Shown here one piece after another: positions 27,133 through 37,021 of a stretch of 47,362 nucleotides of DNA. Made by a program: the position numbers and the translations under genes. The stretch's first letter is position 1, and each line of letters begins with the position of its first letter. Source of the DNA: Gaiellales bacterium (GTDB lineage: Bacteria > Actinomycetota > Thermoleophilia > Gaiellales > JAICJC01); NCBI GenBank assembly GCA_051955775.1, contig JBQCGJ010000094.1:1-47362 (forward strand), read 5' to 3'. Below the pieces are notes generated by a model. It searched no databases. It had not been told where the DNA came from and worked only from the letters and a program-made list of their open reading frames with translations.

Positions 27133-28559
27133 TATCCGACCGATCCTTCCATCTGGAGCTGGATCAGCCGGTTCATCTCGACCGCGTACTCCAGCGGCAG
27201 CTCCTTGGTGATGGGCTCGATGAAGCCCGACACCACCATCGCCGACGCCTCCGTCTCGGACAACCCGCGGCTCATCAGGTAGAACAGCTGCTCCTCGCCG
27301 ATCTTGGACACCGTGGCCTCGTGGCCGATGTCCACCGCGTTCTCCTTGATGTCGATATAGGGGTACGTGTCCGTGCGGCTGTCGTCGTCCAGGATGAGCG
27401 CGTCGCAGACCACCTTGGAGCGCGAGTTGACCGCCCCGTCGTTGACCTGCAGCAGCCCGCGGTAGGAGCTTCGGCCGCCGTCCTTGGAGATCGACTTGGA
27501 GGTGATCACAGACGACGTGTTGGGCGCCATGTGGGTGATCTTGCCGCCGGCGTCCTGGTGCTGGCCGCGGCCGGCGAACGCGATCGACAGCACCTCGCCG
27601 CGCGCTCCCTCGCCCTTCAGCAGCACCGCCGGGTACTTCATGGTGATCTGCGACCCGAGGTTGCCGTCGACCCACTCCATGGTGGCGTCGCGCTCGGCAA
27701 CGGCGCGCTTGGTGACCAGGTTGTAGACGTTGGTCGACCAGTTCTGGATCGTCGTGTAGCGGCACCGGCCGCCCTCCGCGACGTGGATCTCGACCACCGC
27801 CGAGTGCAGCGAGTCGGTCGAGTAGATGGGGGCCGTGCAGCCCTCCACGTAGTGCACGTAGGCGTCCTTGTCGACGATGATCAGCGTGCGCTCGAACTGG
27901 CCCATGTTCTCGGCATTGATGCGGAAGTAGGCCTGCAGCGGCAGCTCCACGCGCACGCCCGGTGGCACGTAGATGAATGACCCACCCGACCACACGGCCG
28001 AGTTCAGAGCCGCGAACTTGTTGTCGTTGTAGGGGATGATCGTGCCGAAGTAGCGCCGCACGATGTCCTCGTGCTCGCGCAGTCCGGAGTCCATGTCGAG
28101 GAACAGCACGCCCTGCTCGGAGAGCTCCTTCTGCAGGTTGTGGTAGACGACCTCGGACTCGTACTGCGCGCCCACGCCGGCCAGATACTTCTTCTCCGCC
28201 TCGGGGATGCCCAGCTTGTCCCAGGTGTCGCGCATGCCCGGCGGCAGGTCGTCCCAGCTCTTGGCCTGTGTCTCGACGGGCTTCAGGTAGTAGTAGATGT
28301 TGTCGAAGTCGATCCGGCCCAGGTCGGCGCCCCACTTCGGCAGCGGGCGCTCGGTGAAGTGCCGGTAGGACTTGACCCGGAACTCGGTCATCCACTCCGG
28401 CTCGCTCTTGTGCGCGGAGATCTCGCGCACCACCTGCTCGTCCAGCCCCTTGCGGGTGCGGAAGATGGGCTCGAAATCGTCGTGGAATCCGTACTTGTAC
28501 TCGCCGATTGCGGTTGCTTCGCGCTCGGCGTCTGTCAGCTGTGTCCTGGTGTCAGCCAT
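27132..28559 (-). CDS. sufB: Fe-S cluster assembly protein SufB
   Basis: Highly conserved SufB sequence (YKYGFHDD..., [17 protein letters not shown]). The ATG at 28559 overlaps the sufC end by 8 nt. Confidence 0.93.
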   Translation of the reverse strand: MADTRTQLTDAEREATAIGEYKYGFHDDFEPIFRTRKGLDEQVVREISAHKSEPEWMTEFRVKSYRHFTERPLPKWGADLGRIDFDNIYYYLKPVETQAKSWDDLPPGMRDTWDKLGIPEAEKKYLAGVGAQYESEVVYHNLQKELSEQGVLFLDMDSGLREHEDIVRRYFGTIIPYNDNKFAALNSAVWSGGSFIYVPPGVRVELPLQAYFRINAENMGQFERTLIIVDKDAYVHYVEGCTAPIYSTDSLHSAVVEIHVAEGGRCRYTTIQNWSTNVYNLVTKRAVAERDATMEWVDGNLGSQITMKYPAVLLKGEGARGEVLSIAFAGRGQHQDAGGKITHMAPNTSSVITSKSISKDGGRSSYRGLLQVNDGAVNSRSKVVCDALILDDDSRTDTYPYIDIKENAVDIGHEATVSKIGEEQLFYLMSRGLSETEASAMVVSGFIEPITKELPLEYAVEMNRLIQLQMEGSVG

Positions 28560-29334
28560 GATGGGCCACCGCCTCCTCGTCCACGCCGTACGGTGCGTAC
28601 CCTTCCCGCTCCAGCTTGTCGGCAACCTCGGGGCCGCCGGTCTCGACGATCCTGCCGTTCACGAGCACGTGCACGACATCCGGCTTGATGTACTGCAGCA
28701 GGCGGGAGTAGTGGGTGATCACGAGCACGCCCATGTCCGGGCCGGCCAGCCGGTTGACGCCGTCGGCAACGATGCGCAGGGCGTCGATGTCGAGCCCCGA
28801 GTCGGTCTCGTCGAGGATCGCCAGACGCGGCTTGAGGACCGCCATCTGGAGCATCTCCATGCGCTTCTTCTCGCCGCCGGAGAAGCCGTCGTTGAGGTAT
28901 CGCGAGGTCATGGAGCGGTCGATCTTGAGAATCTCCATGTTCTCCTGGAGCAGTTTGCGGAACTCCGGGATGCGGATCGGGTTCTCGTCGCCTTCGGGTG
29001 TCCGCCGGTGCGCGTTCACCGCCATCCGCAGGAAGTTGGCCACCGTCACCCCGGGGATCGCCGACGGGTACTGGAAGGCCAGGAAGATGCCCAGCCGGGA
29101 GCGCTCGTCGGGCTCCAGGTCGAGCACGTCGTGGCCCTCGAACGTGACCTCTCCGTCGCTCACCTCGTAGGCCGGGTGGCCCATCAGCACGTGGGCCAGG
29201 GTGGATTTGCCGGAGCCGTTCGGCCCCATGATTGCGTGCACCTGCCCGCGCGACATCTCCAGGTCGAGTCCGCGCAGGATCTCCGACCCATCGATCGAGG
29301 CGTGCAGATTGGAAACAACAAGATCAGCAGGCAT
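28552..29334 (-). CDS. sufC: Fe-S cluster assembly ATPase SufC
   Basis: Walker [10 protein letters not shown], signature [12 protein letters not shown] and Walker [19 protein letters not shown] sits upstream of the ATG at 29334. Confidence 0.93.
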   Translation of the reverse strand: MPADLVVSNLHASIDGSEILRGLDLEMSRGQVHAIMGPNGSGKSTLAHVLMGHPAYEVSDGEVTFEGHDVLDLEPDERSRLGIFLAFQYPSAIPGVTVANFLRMAVNAHRRTPEGDENPIRIPEFRKLLQENMEILKIDRSMTSRYLNDGFSGGEKKRMEMLQMAVLKPRLAILDETDSGLDIDALRIVADGVNRLAGPDMGVLVITHYSRLLQYIKPDVVHVLVNGRIVETGGPEVADKLEREGYAPYGVDEEAVAHHG

Positions 29335-29372
29335 GTCGTCCTTCCGGACGTGTACGGTCAACTAGCTCGGTT

Positions 29373-29389
29373 TGCAGTCTAGCGATGCC
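29373..29389 (-). promoter_or_regulatory. suf operon promoter/operator-like motif (TAGACT -10 box on the minus strand)
   Basis: Second copy of the TGCAGTCTAG..ATGCC motif, about 40 nt upstream of the sufC start. Confidence 0.5.
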
Positions 29390-29394
29390 CATCC

Positions 29395-29422
29395 TTGCCA
29401 GGCGCTGGGATCGTGCTAGGCT
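29395..29422 (+). promoter_or_regulatory. tatA promoter (TTGCCA-N16-TAGGCT), leaderless configuration
   Basis: The -10 box ends 7 nt before the tatA ATG at 29430, and there is no SD in between. Confidence 0.5.
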
Positions 29423-29429
29423 GGACCGC

Positions 29430-29678
29430 ATGTTCGAACCTTCCTGGGAAAAGCTCTTGATCGTGCTCGTGATCGCGTTGATCGTGCTCGGGCCCAAGAA
29501 GCTCCCCGAGGTCGGTCGGTCGCTCGGCAAGGGAATCCGTGAGTTCAAGGACGGCGTGACGGGCAAGGAGGAGGAGCAGCCGCCGGCACAGCCGCCGACT
29601 GCGATCACTCCGCCGCCCGCGTCGCCGGCGTACACGCCTCCCACCCCGACGGACCCGGTCTCCAGCCACACCGAGTAG
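29430..29678 (+). CDS. tatA: twin-arginine translocase subunit TatA/E
   Basis: LLIVLVIALIVLGPKKLPEVGRSLGKGIREFK, followed by a Pro-rich tail. Confidence 0.9.
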   Translation: MFEPSWEKLLIVLVIALIVLGPKKLPEVGRSLGKGIREFKDGVTGKEEEQPPAQPPTAITPPPASPAYTPPTPTDPVSSHTE

Positions 29679-29682
29679 CGCC

Positions 29683-30462
29683 ATGGCGCGGACCCGCCGG
29701 GTCGATCCCGACGAGCAGCTGACGCTGGTCGAGCACCTCGACGAGCTTCGCACTCGGCTGATCATCACGCTGTCCGCGCTGGCGATCGGCATCGCGGTCG
29801 GGTTCTGGCAGAGCTCGGCCATCCTGGCTGCCGCCAAGCGGCCTGCCGAGGATGCCGTCGGCCATCATCTGCAGTACCTGCAGACGGGGCCGCTGGACGC
29901 GTTCATGGCCTCGATGTCGGTGTCGTTCTACGTCGGGCTGCTGGTCGCGCTGCCGATCGCCAGCTACCAGATCTACTCGTTCGTGATCCCGGCCTTCTCC
30001 CGGGAGCATCACCGGGCGATCCGGCCGCTGGCCATGCTGATGCCGCTGCTGTTCGCGCTGGGCGCGGCCTTCGGCTGGTATGTGGTCATCCCGCCGGCCA
30101 TGAACTTCCTGCTGAACTTCAACGCGTCCGACTTCAACGTGCAGCTGCGGGCGTCCAACCAGATCAGCTTCGTGGTGCTGACCATGGCGGCCATGGGGCT
30201 GATCTTCGAGATGCCGGCGATCATGTTCACGCTGGCCAAGATGCACATCGTGACCGGGCCCAGAATGCGCCGCACGTGGCGGTATGCCGTGGTCATCCTG
30301 GCGCTGGTGGCGGGCATCCTGCCGGGCGCCGACCCGGTGTCGTTCGTGGCGGAGTTCGTGCCCCTGCTGGTGCTGTACGGCGCGTCCTATCTGATCGTGG
30401 TCGGCGTCGATCGCAGCCGCGCGCGGAACGCCGCATCGGAACACGAGGCCGAGCCGGCGTGA
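29683..30462 (+). CDS. tatC: twin-arginine translocase subunit TatC
   Basis: Six-TM TatC-like protein (LVEHLDELRTRLI...). Confidence 0.9.
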   Translation: MARTRRVDPDEQLTLVEHLDELRTRLIITLSALAIGIAVGFWQSSAILAAAKRPAEDAVGHHLQYLQTGPLDAFMASMSVSFYVGLLVALPIASYQIYSFVIPAFSREHHRAIRPLAMLMPLLFALGAAFGWYVVIPPAMNFLLNFNASDFNVQLRASNQISFVVLTMAAMGLIFEMPAIMFTLAKMHIVTGPRMRRTWRYAVVILALVAGILPGADPVSFVAEFVPLLVLYGASYLIVVGVDRSRARNAASEHEAEPA

Positions 30463-31670
30463 TCCTGGGGGCCGACTGGGTGCTGCCGGTGGACGGCGCG
30501 CCCATCCGACACGGGCGCGTGCGCGTCGAGGGTACGGACATCGCAGCGCTGGACGAGGGCGGAGCGGCCGACCTGGCGTTCGAAGGCTGCGTGATCCTGC
30601 CGGGACTGGTCAACGCGCACAGCCACCTGGAGTACGCCCGCATGAGCGGCTTCGGCGACGGCAAGGCGTTCACCCCGTGGATCGAGGAGCACATTGCGCG
30701 CAAGGACGCACTCGACCACCCTGCCGACTCGCTGGTGCAGGCGGTCGAGGGCGCTCACGTGTGCCTGGCGGGCGGGATCACGACGGTGGCGGACTGCAGC
30801 TACATGGGCACCACCGCCGCCGCGTCCGCTGAGGCCGGCCTGCGGGCGATCGTGTACCTGGAGGGATTCAGCGTATGGGAGGGGCTCGGCGACCGGATCA
30901 GGGCCGGACTCGACGCCATGCCGACCTCGGGGCTGGTGACGGCAGGGGTGTCGCCGCACGCGCCGTTCACCGTCACGCTGGACGACTACCGGATGATGAT
31001 CGGGATCGCGCGCGAGCGTGGCCTGCCTGTGGCCACGCATCTGCTGGAGTCTCAGCGCGAGCACCTCCACCTCGACCACTTCGCCGACCTGCTGGGACCG
31101 GACGTGGTGTCCATACACGGGGTCTACCTGACCCCGCAGGACATCGCGCTGGCCGCCGCGGCCGACGTCCCGGTCATCCACGGCCCGCGTTCGAACGCGC
31201 TCCTGGGGTGCGGTATCGCACCGGTCGAGGAGATGCTGGCGGCGGGCCTGCGGGTCGGCCTCGGCACCGACTCGCCGGCGTCGGCCATGGCGTTCGACCT
31301 GTGGGACGAGATGCGCTGCGCCATCATGATGGCCCGCGCCCGGGCGGCACGGGCCGATGCCATGACGGCCATGACGGCACTCGAGCTGGCAACCCTGCGC
31401 GGCGCGCAGGCGATCGGACTCGGCGAGCGCACCGGCTCGCTGACGCCGGGCAAGGCGGCCGACCTGACCGTGCTCGACCTGCGGGGGACGCCGTTTCTGC
31501 CCTGGGACGACCCGGTGGTTGCCAGCGTCTACGCGGGGAATCCACAGCGAGTCGTAATGACCATGGTCGACGGCGAGATACGCTACGACAGAGCGTCTCC
31601 ACCGCCGGACGGCGAGAGCGCCACCCTCGTCCGCGCCAAGATGCTCGCCGCCACCGCGCCAGGTACCTGA
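30459..31670 (+). CDS. amidohydrolase family protein (chlorohydrolase / nucleoside-base deaminase-like)
   Basis: LVNAHSHLEY metal-binding motif, then ...HLLES... and GTDSPAS. GTGA overlap with tatC. Confidence 0.8.
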   Translation: MILGADWVLPVDGAPIRHGRVRVEGTDIAALDEGGAADLAFEGCVILPGLVNAHSHLEYARMSGFGDGKAFTPWIEEHIARKDALDHPADSLVQAVEGAHVCLAGGITTVADCSYMGTTAAASAEAGLRAIVYLEGFSVWEGLGDRIRAGLDAMPTSGLVTAGVSPHAPFTVTLDDYRMMIGIARERGLPVATHLLESQREHLHLDHFADLLGPDVVSIHGVYLTPQDIALAAAADVPVIHGPRSNALLGCGIAPVEEMLAAGLRVGLGTDSPASAMAFDLWDEMRCAIMMARARAARADAMTAMTALELATLRGAQAIGLGERTGSLTPGKAADLTVLDLRGTPFLPWDDPVVASVYAGNPQRVVMTMVDGEIRYDRASPPPDGESATLVRAKMLAATAPGT

Positions 31671-32450
31671 ATGCTCTTCGAAAAGATCCGCCGCACACAG
31701 AAGCCCGTCTTTCTGTTCCTTGCTGTCATGTTCGGGCTCGGTTTCGCCCTGCTCGGAGTGGGCAGCTCGGGCAACATCAACGCCCTGGACTTCCTGCACC
31801 TGGGCGGGGGCAGCAGCAATCCCAACTCCATCTCGTCGCTGAACGCAGCGGTGAGCAAGGATCCGAACAATGCCGGCGCGTGGATCCGTCTGGCCCAGGC
31901 GTACACCGCGGCGGGACAACCCGACCAGGCGGTCAACGCCTACAGCAGTTATCTGCGGCTGCGGTCCAAGGACACCTCCGCGCTGAGCGCCGCATCCACG
32001 CTGCTCGAGCAGCAGGCGGTGCAGAACCTGCGAAACGCCTCCGCCTACCAGGCCGCGGCGGGGTTCTACGAGAACGGCACGGGCGGGTCCGTGATGCGAA
32101 ACCTGCCGTTCGGCAGCTCGCTGACGGATCCGCTGGCCACCCAGCAGGCCCAGCCGTATACCGACCAGGTGAACGTGCTCAGCCAGCAGGGCACGGCTGA
32201 CTTCCAGCGAGCGACCGAGTACCGCCAGAGCCTGGCCAGGCTGGATCCCAAGAATGCCTTCAACCAGGAGGCGCTGGGGTACGACGCCTACTACGCGCGG
32301 GCCTACCCGACGTCGGCGGCGGCCTTCAAGGAGTTCCTCAAGCTGACGCCCAAGGGCAGCCAGCAGGCCAAGCAGGTGCAGTCGATCCTCAAGCAGGTTG
32401 AGCTGCTGGCGAAGACGAGCAGCACCGGCACCCCGCCGACAACGCCGTAA
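31671..32450 (+). CDS. membrane-anchored TPR-like repeat protein
   Basis: N-terminal TM helix, then TPR-like helices (AWIRLAQAYTAAGQPDQAVNAY). Confidence 0.65.
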   Translation: MLFEKIRRTQKPVFLFLAVMFGLGFALLGVGSSGNINALDFLHLGGGSSNPNSISSLNAAVSKDPNNAGAWIRLAQAYTAAGQPDQAVNAYSSYLRLRSKDTSALSAASTLLEQQAVQNLRNASAYQAAAGFYENGTGGSVMRNLPFGSSLTDPLATQQAQPYTDQVNVLSQQGTADFQRATEYRQSLARLDPKNAFNQEALGYDAYYARAYPTSAAAFKEFLKLTPKGSQQAKQVQSILKQVELLAKTSSTGTPPTTP

Positions 32451-32837
32451 TCAGATCCGCTGCACGCGGCGGGCGGTGTGCAGGAAGCCTACGACGCCCG
32501 CCAGCACGAGCACCAGCCCGATGGCGAGCCACGGTCGCGGATCGAGGTAGTCGTCGCAGCCTGCGGCTGTCGCGGTGTGCCAGCACACGGTGCCGGGCCC
32601 CTTGCGCTGGACGTAGGCGACGAGCAGAAACGGCAGGCCGGCGCCGGCTGCTGCACCGAACGCCGACCCGGAGACGGCGTGCCGGCCCCAGCGAAGCGCG
32701 GCGAACAGCGCCGCTCCCGCCACCGGTAGGTACAGAAACCCCGCGAAGCTGATGAAGGCGATCGAGCTCGCGCCCACCGCCGCCCAGACCAGGAACCAGC
32801 CCCAGTCGCCCGCACCGGGTTGGCGTTGCCTGTCCAT
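32451..32837 (-). CDS. hypothetical integral membrane protein
   Basis: About 4 hydrophobic helices and high GC3. It starts 16 nt downstream of the methyltransferase stop on the same strand. Confidence 0.55.
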   Translation of the reverse strand: MDRQRQPGAGDWGWFLVWAAVGASSIAFISFAGFLYLPVAGAALFAALRWGRHAVSGSAFGAAAGAGLPFLLVAYVQRKGPGTVCWHTATAAGCDDYLDPRPWLAIGLVLVLAGVVGFLHTARRVQRI

Positions 32838-32853
32838 GCCCCCATGATAGGAC

Positions 32854-33939
32854 TCACCGTGCGCATGCGGCGCGCCGTGGCACCGCCGGCGGGGCGCACA
32901 GCTGACCCGCCGCCGTCACGGCGGCGTCCACCAGGGCCCTGCTGGGGCCGACCACGAACAGGTGCTCGGTGTTCCGCAGGTGCGAGACGCGGCCGACCCG
33001 AACGCCGGCGGGATTGTGGATGCCGATGCGCGCACCCACGTAGCGATCGTTCTCGACCCGGAGCTCGCCCACATAACCCCGCTCGGCCAGCAGCCCACGC
33101 ACGCGCAGGGGTTCGTGGAACCCCTCGTCGGAGAACGACACCACCAGCCACGGCGTGGTCAGGTCCTCGACGAGGCTGCTCAGGGCGGGCCAGGCGCCGC
33201 GCCTGGAGTTGTACGCACTGCGCCGCTGCCGGACGTCCACCCGTTTGCAGGCCACGCCGTAGTGCGGGGGCGCGTCCCCCAGCACCAGGGTCTCCCACAC
33301 GTGGTAGTTGCCGAGATACGAGTGCTGGTTGTACGGCGGATCGATGTAGGCGCACTGCTCGCCGTCGAGCTGCCGCGCCAGTGAGTTGGCATCGGTGCGG
33401 CGGACAGTGCCCGGCGGCCCGCAGACCGCCTGCGGCGGCCGCAGCTCGAGCCGGTTGAGGGCCCGCGGAGCCCAGCTCTTGAGGTACGCCATCTGCACGC
33501 CGACGGTCGAGTCCACCCTGTCGGCCGCCTCGACCAGGCTGGTCAGGGCCAGGCCGCGCAAGGCCGGCGGGAGGTCGAGGTGCTCGATGCCGGCCCGGAT
33601 TGCGTCGATCCGTCGGCCGTTGTCCTCCGTGAAGTACCGCGAGGCTCTGCAGAACGTCTCGGTGACGTACCCGTCCACGTCGGGCAGCCGGTTCAGCTTC
33701 GCCAGGATGGCCGGAAGCTGCCGATGGTCGTCCGGGGCGGCGGCGATGTACGCCCAGCCGAACACCTCCGAGTAGGCGGCCGTGTCGTTGGACAGCACGC
33801 GCACGCCTGCCCGGCGCAACTCCTGCCCGACACGGGTGGTGCCGGCGAACAGATCGACCGCCGAGCGCACCGGCAAGGACCGCACGACGCCGCCGATGGC
33901 GGGCACCAGCAGCCGCTTGCTGCCGAGGTACTTGATCAC
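32854..33939 (-). CDS. D12-class N6-adenine DNA methyltransferase (Dam-like)
   Basis: IKYLGSKR N-terminus, DLFAGTT (FxGxG-like) and a DPPY catalytic motif. The GTG at 33939 gives the family-typical start. The track ORF extension was rejected. Confidence 0.85.
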   Translation of the reverse strand: MIKYLGSKRLLVPAIGGVVRSLPVRSAVDLFAGTTRVGQELRRAGVRVLSNDTAAYSEVFGWAYIAAAPDDHRQLPAILAKLNRLPDVDGYVTETFCRASRYFTEDNGRRIDAIRAGIEHLDLPPALRGLALTSLVEAADRVDSTVGVQMAYLKSWAPRALNRLELRPPQAVCGPPGTVRRTDANSLARQLDGEQCAYIDPPYNQHSYLGNYHVWETLVLGDAPPHYGVACKRVDVRQRRSAYNSRRGAWPALSSLVEDLTTPWLVVSFSDEGFHEPLRVRGLLAERGYVGELRVENDRYVGARIGIHNPAGVRVGRVSHLRNTEHLFVVGPSRALVDAAVTAAGQLCAPPAVPRRAACAR

Positions 33940-34040
33940 GGCCCGTGAGCGTAGATGAGGGGCACGTCGGAGCCGGCGTCGTGCAGGCCGCGGAACCATC
34001 GCCGTGCGACCGGAGTCATAAGCACAACGACCTGGAGGAG

Positions 34041-34991
34041 ATGATGGAACGCAGACGGCAGATCGCATGTGCGGCGCTGGCACTGGTCGCGCTGTCGGGC
34101 CTGGCCGGGGCGCTGGCGGGCTGCGCGAGCTCGTCGAGCAGTGACAGCTCAGGGGGCGGATCGAGCACGGCCGCCTCGACCGCGGCCGCCAGCCTGGCGG
34201 CTGCCCCAGCGGCCGGCGAGAAGCTGTCCGGCTCTGGCTCCTCACACGGCGCCTCGGGGCAGAACGTCAGCGACATCGGGGTGCAGCCCGCCCGCCTGCC
34301 GTCGGACATCATCAGGACAGCCGAGGTCGGGCTGCAGGTCGCCCACGGCCGGGTGGCCAGGGACCTCCTGCACATCACCGCAATCGCCGGCCAGATGGGC
34401 GGCTACGTGGCCCAGGACACCCTCGGCAGCGACGGTCAGCGTTCGGGGGTGATCGTCGTCCGCGTTCCGGTCAGGCGGTTCGGGGCAACGCTGGACGCGA
34501 TCTCCGGGCTCGGCCGCGTGCAATCCGAGAGCGTGAACGGGCAGGACGTGAGCCAGGAGTTCGTCGACCTGGGTGCGCGGCTGCAGAACCTCCAGGCACA
34601 GCAGGGGTTCCTGCGCGGGCTGATGGCGCGCGCCACCACGATCTCCGACTCGATTGACATCGAGAACCACCTGACCGATGTCGAGCTGAGCATCGAGCGG
34701 ATCACCGGCCAGCTTCGGTACCTGCGCAACCGCACCAGCTTCTCGACCATCACCGCCGAGCTGTCGGAGGCCGGTGCGGCGCCGCCCGTGCACCACCACG
34801 CCAGCTCGCTGTGGAAGGCCGCGGCCCGGTCGCTGCACGGCGCGCAGTCGGTGGTCGAGGCGGTCATCGTCGGCGCCGGCTACGTCGTGCCGCTGACCGT
34901 GCTGGCACTGCTCGCCCTGGTCATCGGGCGGATGCTGTGGCCTCGCGTGCGGCCGCTGCCGGCCCCGGAGTCGGGCCCCGCGGACACCTGA
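34041..34991 (+). CDS. DUF4349 domain lipoprotein
   Basis: GGAGGAG RBS and lipobox LAGC. A coiled-coil DUF4349-like core is followed by a C-terminal TM helix. Confidence 0.75.
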   Translation: MMERRRQIACAALALVALSGLAGALAGCASSSSSDSSGGGSSTAASTAAASLAAAPAAGEKLSGSGSSHGASGQNVSDIGVQPARLPSDIIRTAEVGLQVAHGRVARDLLHITAIAGQMGGYVAQDTLGSDGQRSGVIVVRVPVRRFGATLDAISGLGRVQSESVNGQDVSQEFVDLGARLQNLQAQQGFLRGLMARATTISDSIDIENHLTDVELSIERITGQLRYLRNRTSFSTITAELSEAGAAPPVHHHASSLWKAAARSLHGAQSVVEAVIVGAGYVVPLTVLALLALVIGRMLWPRVRPLPAPESGPADT

Positions 34992-35051
34992 GGCTGAGCC
35001 GCGGCACGGCCGTGCGCTCTATGGTGTCGGCACGCCACCAGGAGGACGCAT

Positions 35052-35906
35052 GTGAACGGGCCCACGCCGGAGCAGATCGAGTCGTATCGCCGCGACGGCT
35101 TTCTGGTGGTCGAGCAGTTTCTGGAGCCCGGCGAGGTGGAGCGCGCCCGCGAGCACTTCGAGCTGGCGTTCGAACACACGTGGGAGACGGGCCTGGCGCC
35201 GGACGAGGTGAACTACCAGCCGGGACACACGCCCCCCGACCGCACCCGCCAGCTGTGCAACGTATGGAAGGCCGACCGCGTGCTGGCGGCCACCACCCTG
35301 GCCCGCCGCAACGCCGAGTTCGCCGCCGGTCTGACCGGCGCCGAGGGCTACCGGCTGGCCCAGGACAACGCGATCTGGAAGCCGCCGTCCGGCAAGTCGC
35401 TCTTGTGCCACCAGGACGCGGCGTACTGCGAATGGCTCGACCCTCCCAACATGACGACGTGCTGGATGGCCCTCGACGACACCGCCGCCGACACCGGCAC
35501 CATCTACTACGTGCGCGGTTCCAACCACTGGCCGCACTCCCCGCTGGGCGGAAGCTTCCACGCGCCCGACGACTGGCTGGCCCACGTCCGTGAGGCCAGG
35601 CCGGCCGGCGAGGAGCTGGAGCTGGTGGCGATCGAGGTGCCGGCCGGCGGCGCCGCGTTCCACGACGGCTGGACGTTCCACGGCAGCCCGCCGAACGAGC
35701 GGGCAGACGCGCAGCGGCGGGCCATCATCAGCCACCTGATCACCAGCGACACGCGCTGGAACCCCGACCACCCGCACCCGGTGTACTCGCGCTACCGGCG
35801 ACCGGGAGAACGCGAGATGGACGAGGCGTTCTTCCCGATCCTGTGGCGGCGCGACGGCCACCGCAGCGACTGGATCGACGACTGGTGCGCAGCGGTGGCC
35901 GCGTAG
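35052..35906 (+). CDS. phytanoyl-CoA dioxygenase (PhyH) family Fe(II)/2OG oxygenase
   Basis: YRRDGFLVVEQFL and HQDAAY (HxD) motifs. GGAGGA sits upstream of the GTG start. Confidence 0.8.
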   Translation: MNGPTPEQIESYRRDGFLVVEQFLEPGEVERAREHFELAFEHTWETGLAPDEVNYQPGHTPPDRTRQLCNVWKADRVLAATTLARRNAEFAAGLTGAEGYRLAQDNAIWKPPSGKSLLCHQDAAYCEWLDPPNMTTCWMALDDTAADTGTIYYVRGSNHWPHSPLGGSFHAPDDWLAHVREARPAGEELELVAIEVPAGGAAFHDGWTFHGSPPNERADAQRRAIISHLITSDTRWNPDHPHPVYSRYRRPGEREMDEAFFPILWRRDGHRSDWIDDWCAAVAA

Positions 35907-35941
35907 CGGCGACAGCCGAGCGCTGAAGCGCGGACGCGCCC

Positions 35942-35960
35942 GGCCGGTGATTCACCGGCC
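35942..35960. other. perfect 9-1-9 palindrome GGCCGGTGA-T-TCACCGGCC
   Basis: Seen directly in the sequence. It lies 36 nt after the PhyH stop and ~100 nt upstream of the phosphoesterase gene. It could be a terminator hairpin or an operator. Confidence 0.5.
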
Positions 35961-36058
35961 ATGCACGCAATCAGCACAGAAGCTTTACCCCCGTCCGCGG
36001 TTGCCCCGGGCAGACTCCGCCGTGAACTCCCACAGGGTCCACAACGGAGGAGCTTCCC

Positions 36059-36994
36059 ATGCCCGGTTTCACCGGGCGGTGGCTTGGGCTGGCTGCGCTT
36101 GCCGCGGCTCAGACCGTGCTGCCGCTTGCCCCCACGTCGCACACCGCCACGCCGACCGCCAACGCGCCCTGCGCCGGAGCTGCAGCCCCGGCGACGTACA
36201 AGCACGTGATCACCATCATGGAAGAGAACCACGCCTACTCCAGCATCATCGGCTCGTCGCAGGCGCCGTACGAGAACTCACTGGCCACCGCGTGCGGGCT
36301 GGCCAAGGAGTACTACGCGGAGAGCTATCCCAGCCTGCCGAACTACATCGCGCTGACCAGCGGCACGATCCCGGCCAGCGTCGCGAATCGCGACTGCCTG
36401 CCCAGCGGCTCGTGCACGACCGGCGCCACGAGCATCTTCGACCAGGTCGGCAGCAGCGGATGGAAGGTGTACGCGGAGTCGATGCCGTCCAACTGCTACC
36501 GCAAGAACACCTCGAACGGCCTGTACCTCCCGCGTCACACGGCGGCGCCGTACTACACCAGGCAGAACTCGGCCTGCGGCTCGCAGATGGTGCCGCTGGG
36601 CGGCCTGTCCTCCGGTGCGCTTGCGTCGGACCTGGCCAGCGGGACGCTGCCGAAGTACAGCTTCGTCGTCCCCAACGCCACCAACGACATGCACGGGGGC
36701 TGCGTGTCGTGCGGAGACACGTGGCTCTCCAACTGGGTGCCCAAGATCATCGCGTCACCCGCCTATCAGAACGGTTCGACCGCGATCTTCATCACGTTCG
36801 ACTCCGACAACGGCTCGGCGGGCAACCACATCCCGGCCATCGTGGTCAGCCCTTCGGTCGCTCCCGGCACAACCAGCTCGACCCGGTTCACGCACTACTC
36901 GCTGCTGCGCACGACCGAGGATCTGCTCGGCATCGGCTCCCACCTGGGCAAGGCCGCGGGGGCGCCCAGCATGCGATCGGCGTTCCACCTCTAG
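36059..36994 (+). CDS. secreted phosphoesterase family protein (AcpA / phospholipase C-like)
   Basis: Signal peptide, then HVITIMEENHAY, PNYIALTSG and NDMHGG motifs. Confidence 0.8.
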   Translation: MPGFTGRWLGLAALAAAQTVLPLAPTSHTATPTANAPCAGAAAPATYKHVITIMEENHAYSSIIGSSQAPYENSLATACGLAKEYYAESYPSLPNYIALTSGTIPASVANRDCLPSGSCTTGATSIFDQVGSSGWKVYAESMPSNCYRKNTSNGLYLPRHTAAPYYTRQNSACGSQMVPLGGLSSGALASDLASGTLPKYSFVVPNATNDMHGGCVSCGDTWLSNWVPKIIASPAYQNGSTAIFITFDSDNGSAGNHIPAIVVSPSVAPGTTSSTRFTHYSLLRTTEDLLGIGSHLGKAAGAPSMRSAFHL

Positions 36995-37021
36995 ATGATC
37001 GATCGATAGGTCGATCAGCCG

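Noticed and set aside
25984-28395. An 803-aa minus-strand ORF spanning sufD and most of sufB.
   Set aside because: Only the C-terminal 382 aa (from the GTG at 27132) look like SufD. The N-terminal part is an out-of-frame read-through over the genuine sufB frame (27132-28559).
36995-37021. A GATC/CTAG-dense 27-nt spacer (three GATC sites) between convergent stop codons, possibly linked to the Dam-like methyltransferase.
   Set aside because: It is very short, CGATCG-type strings are common in high-GC genomes, and the methyltransferase specificity is unknown. There is no evidence of function.
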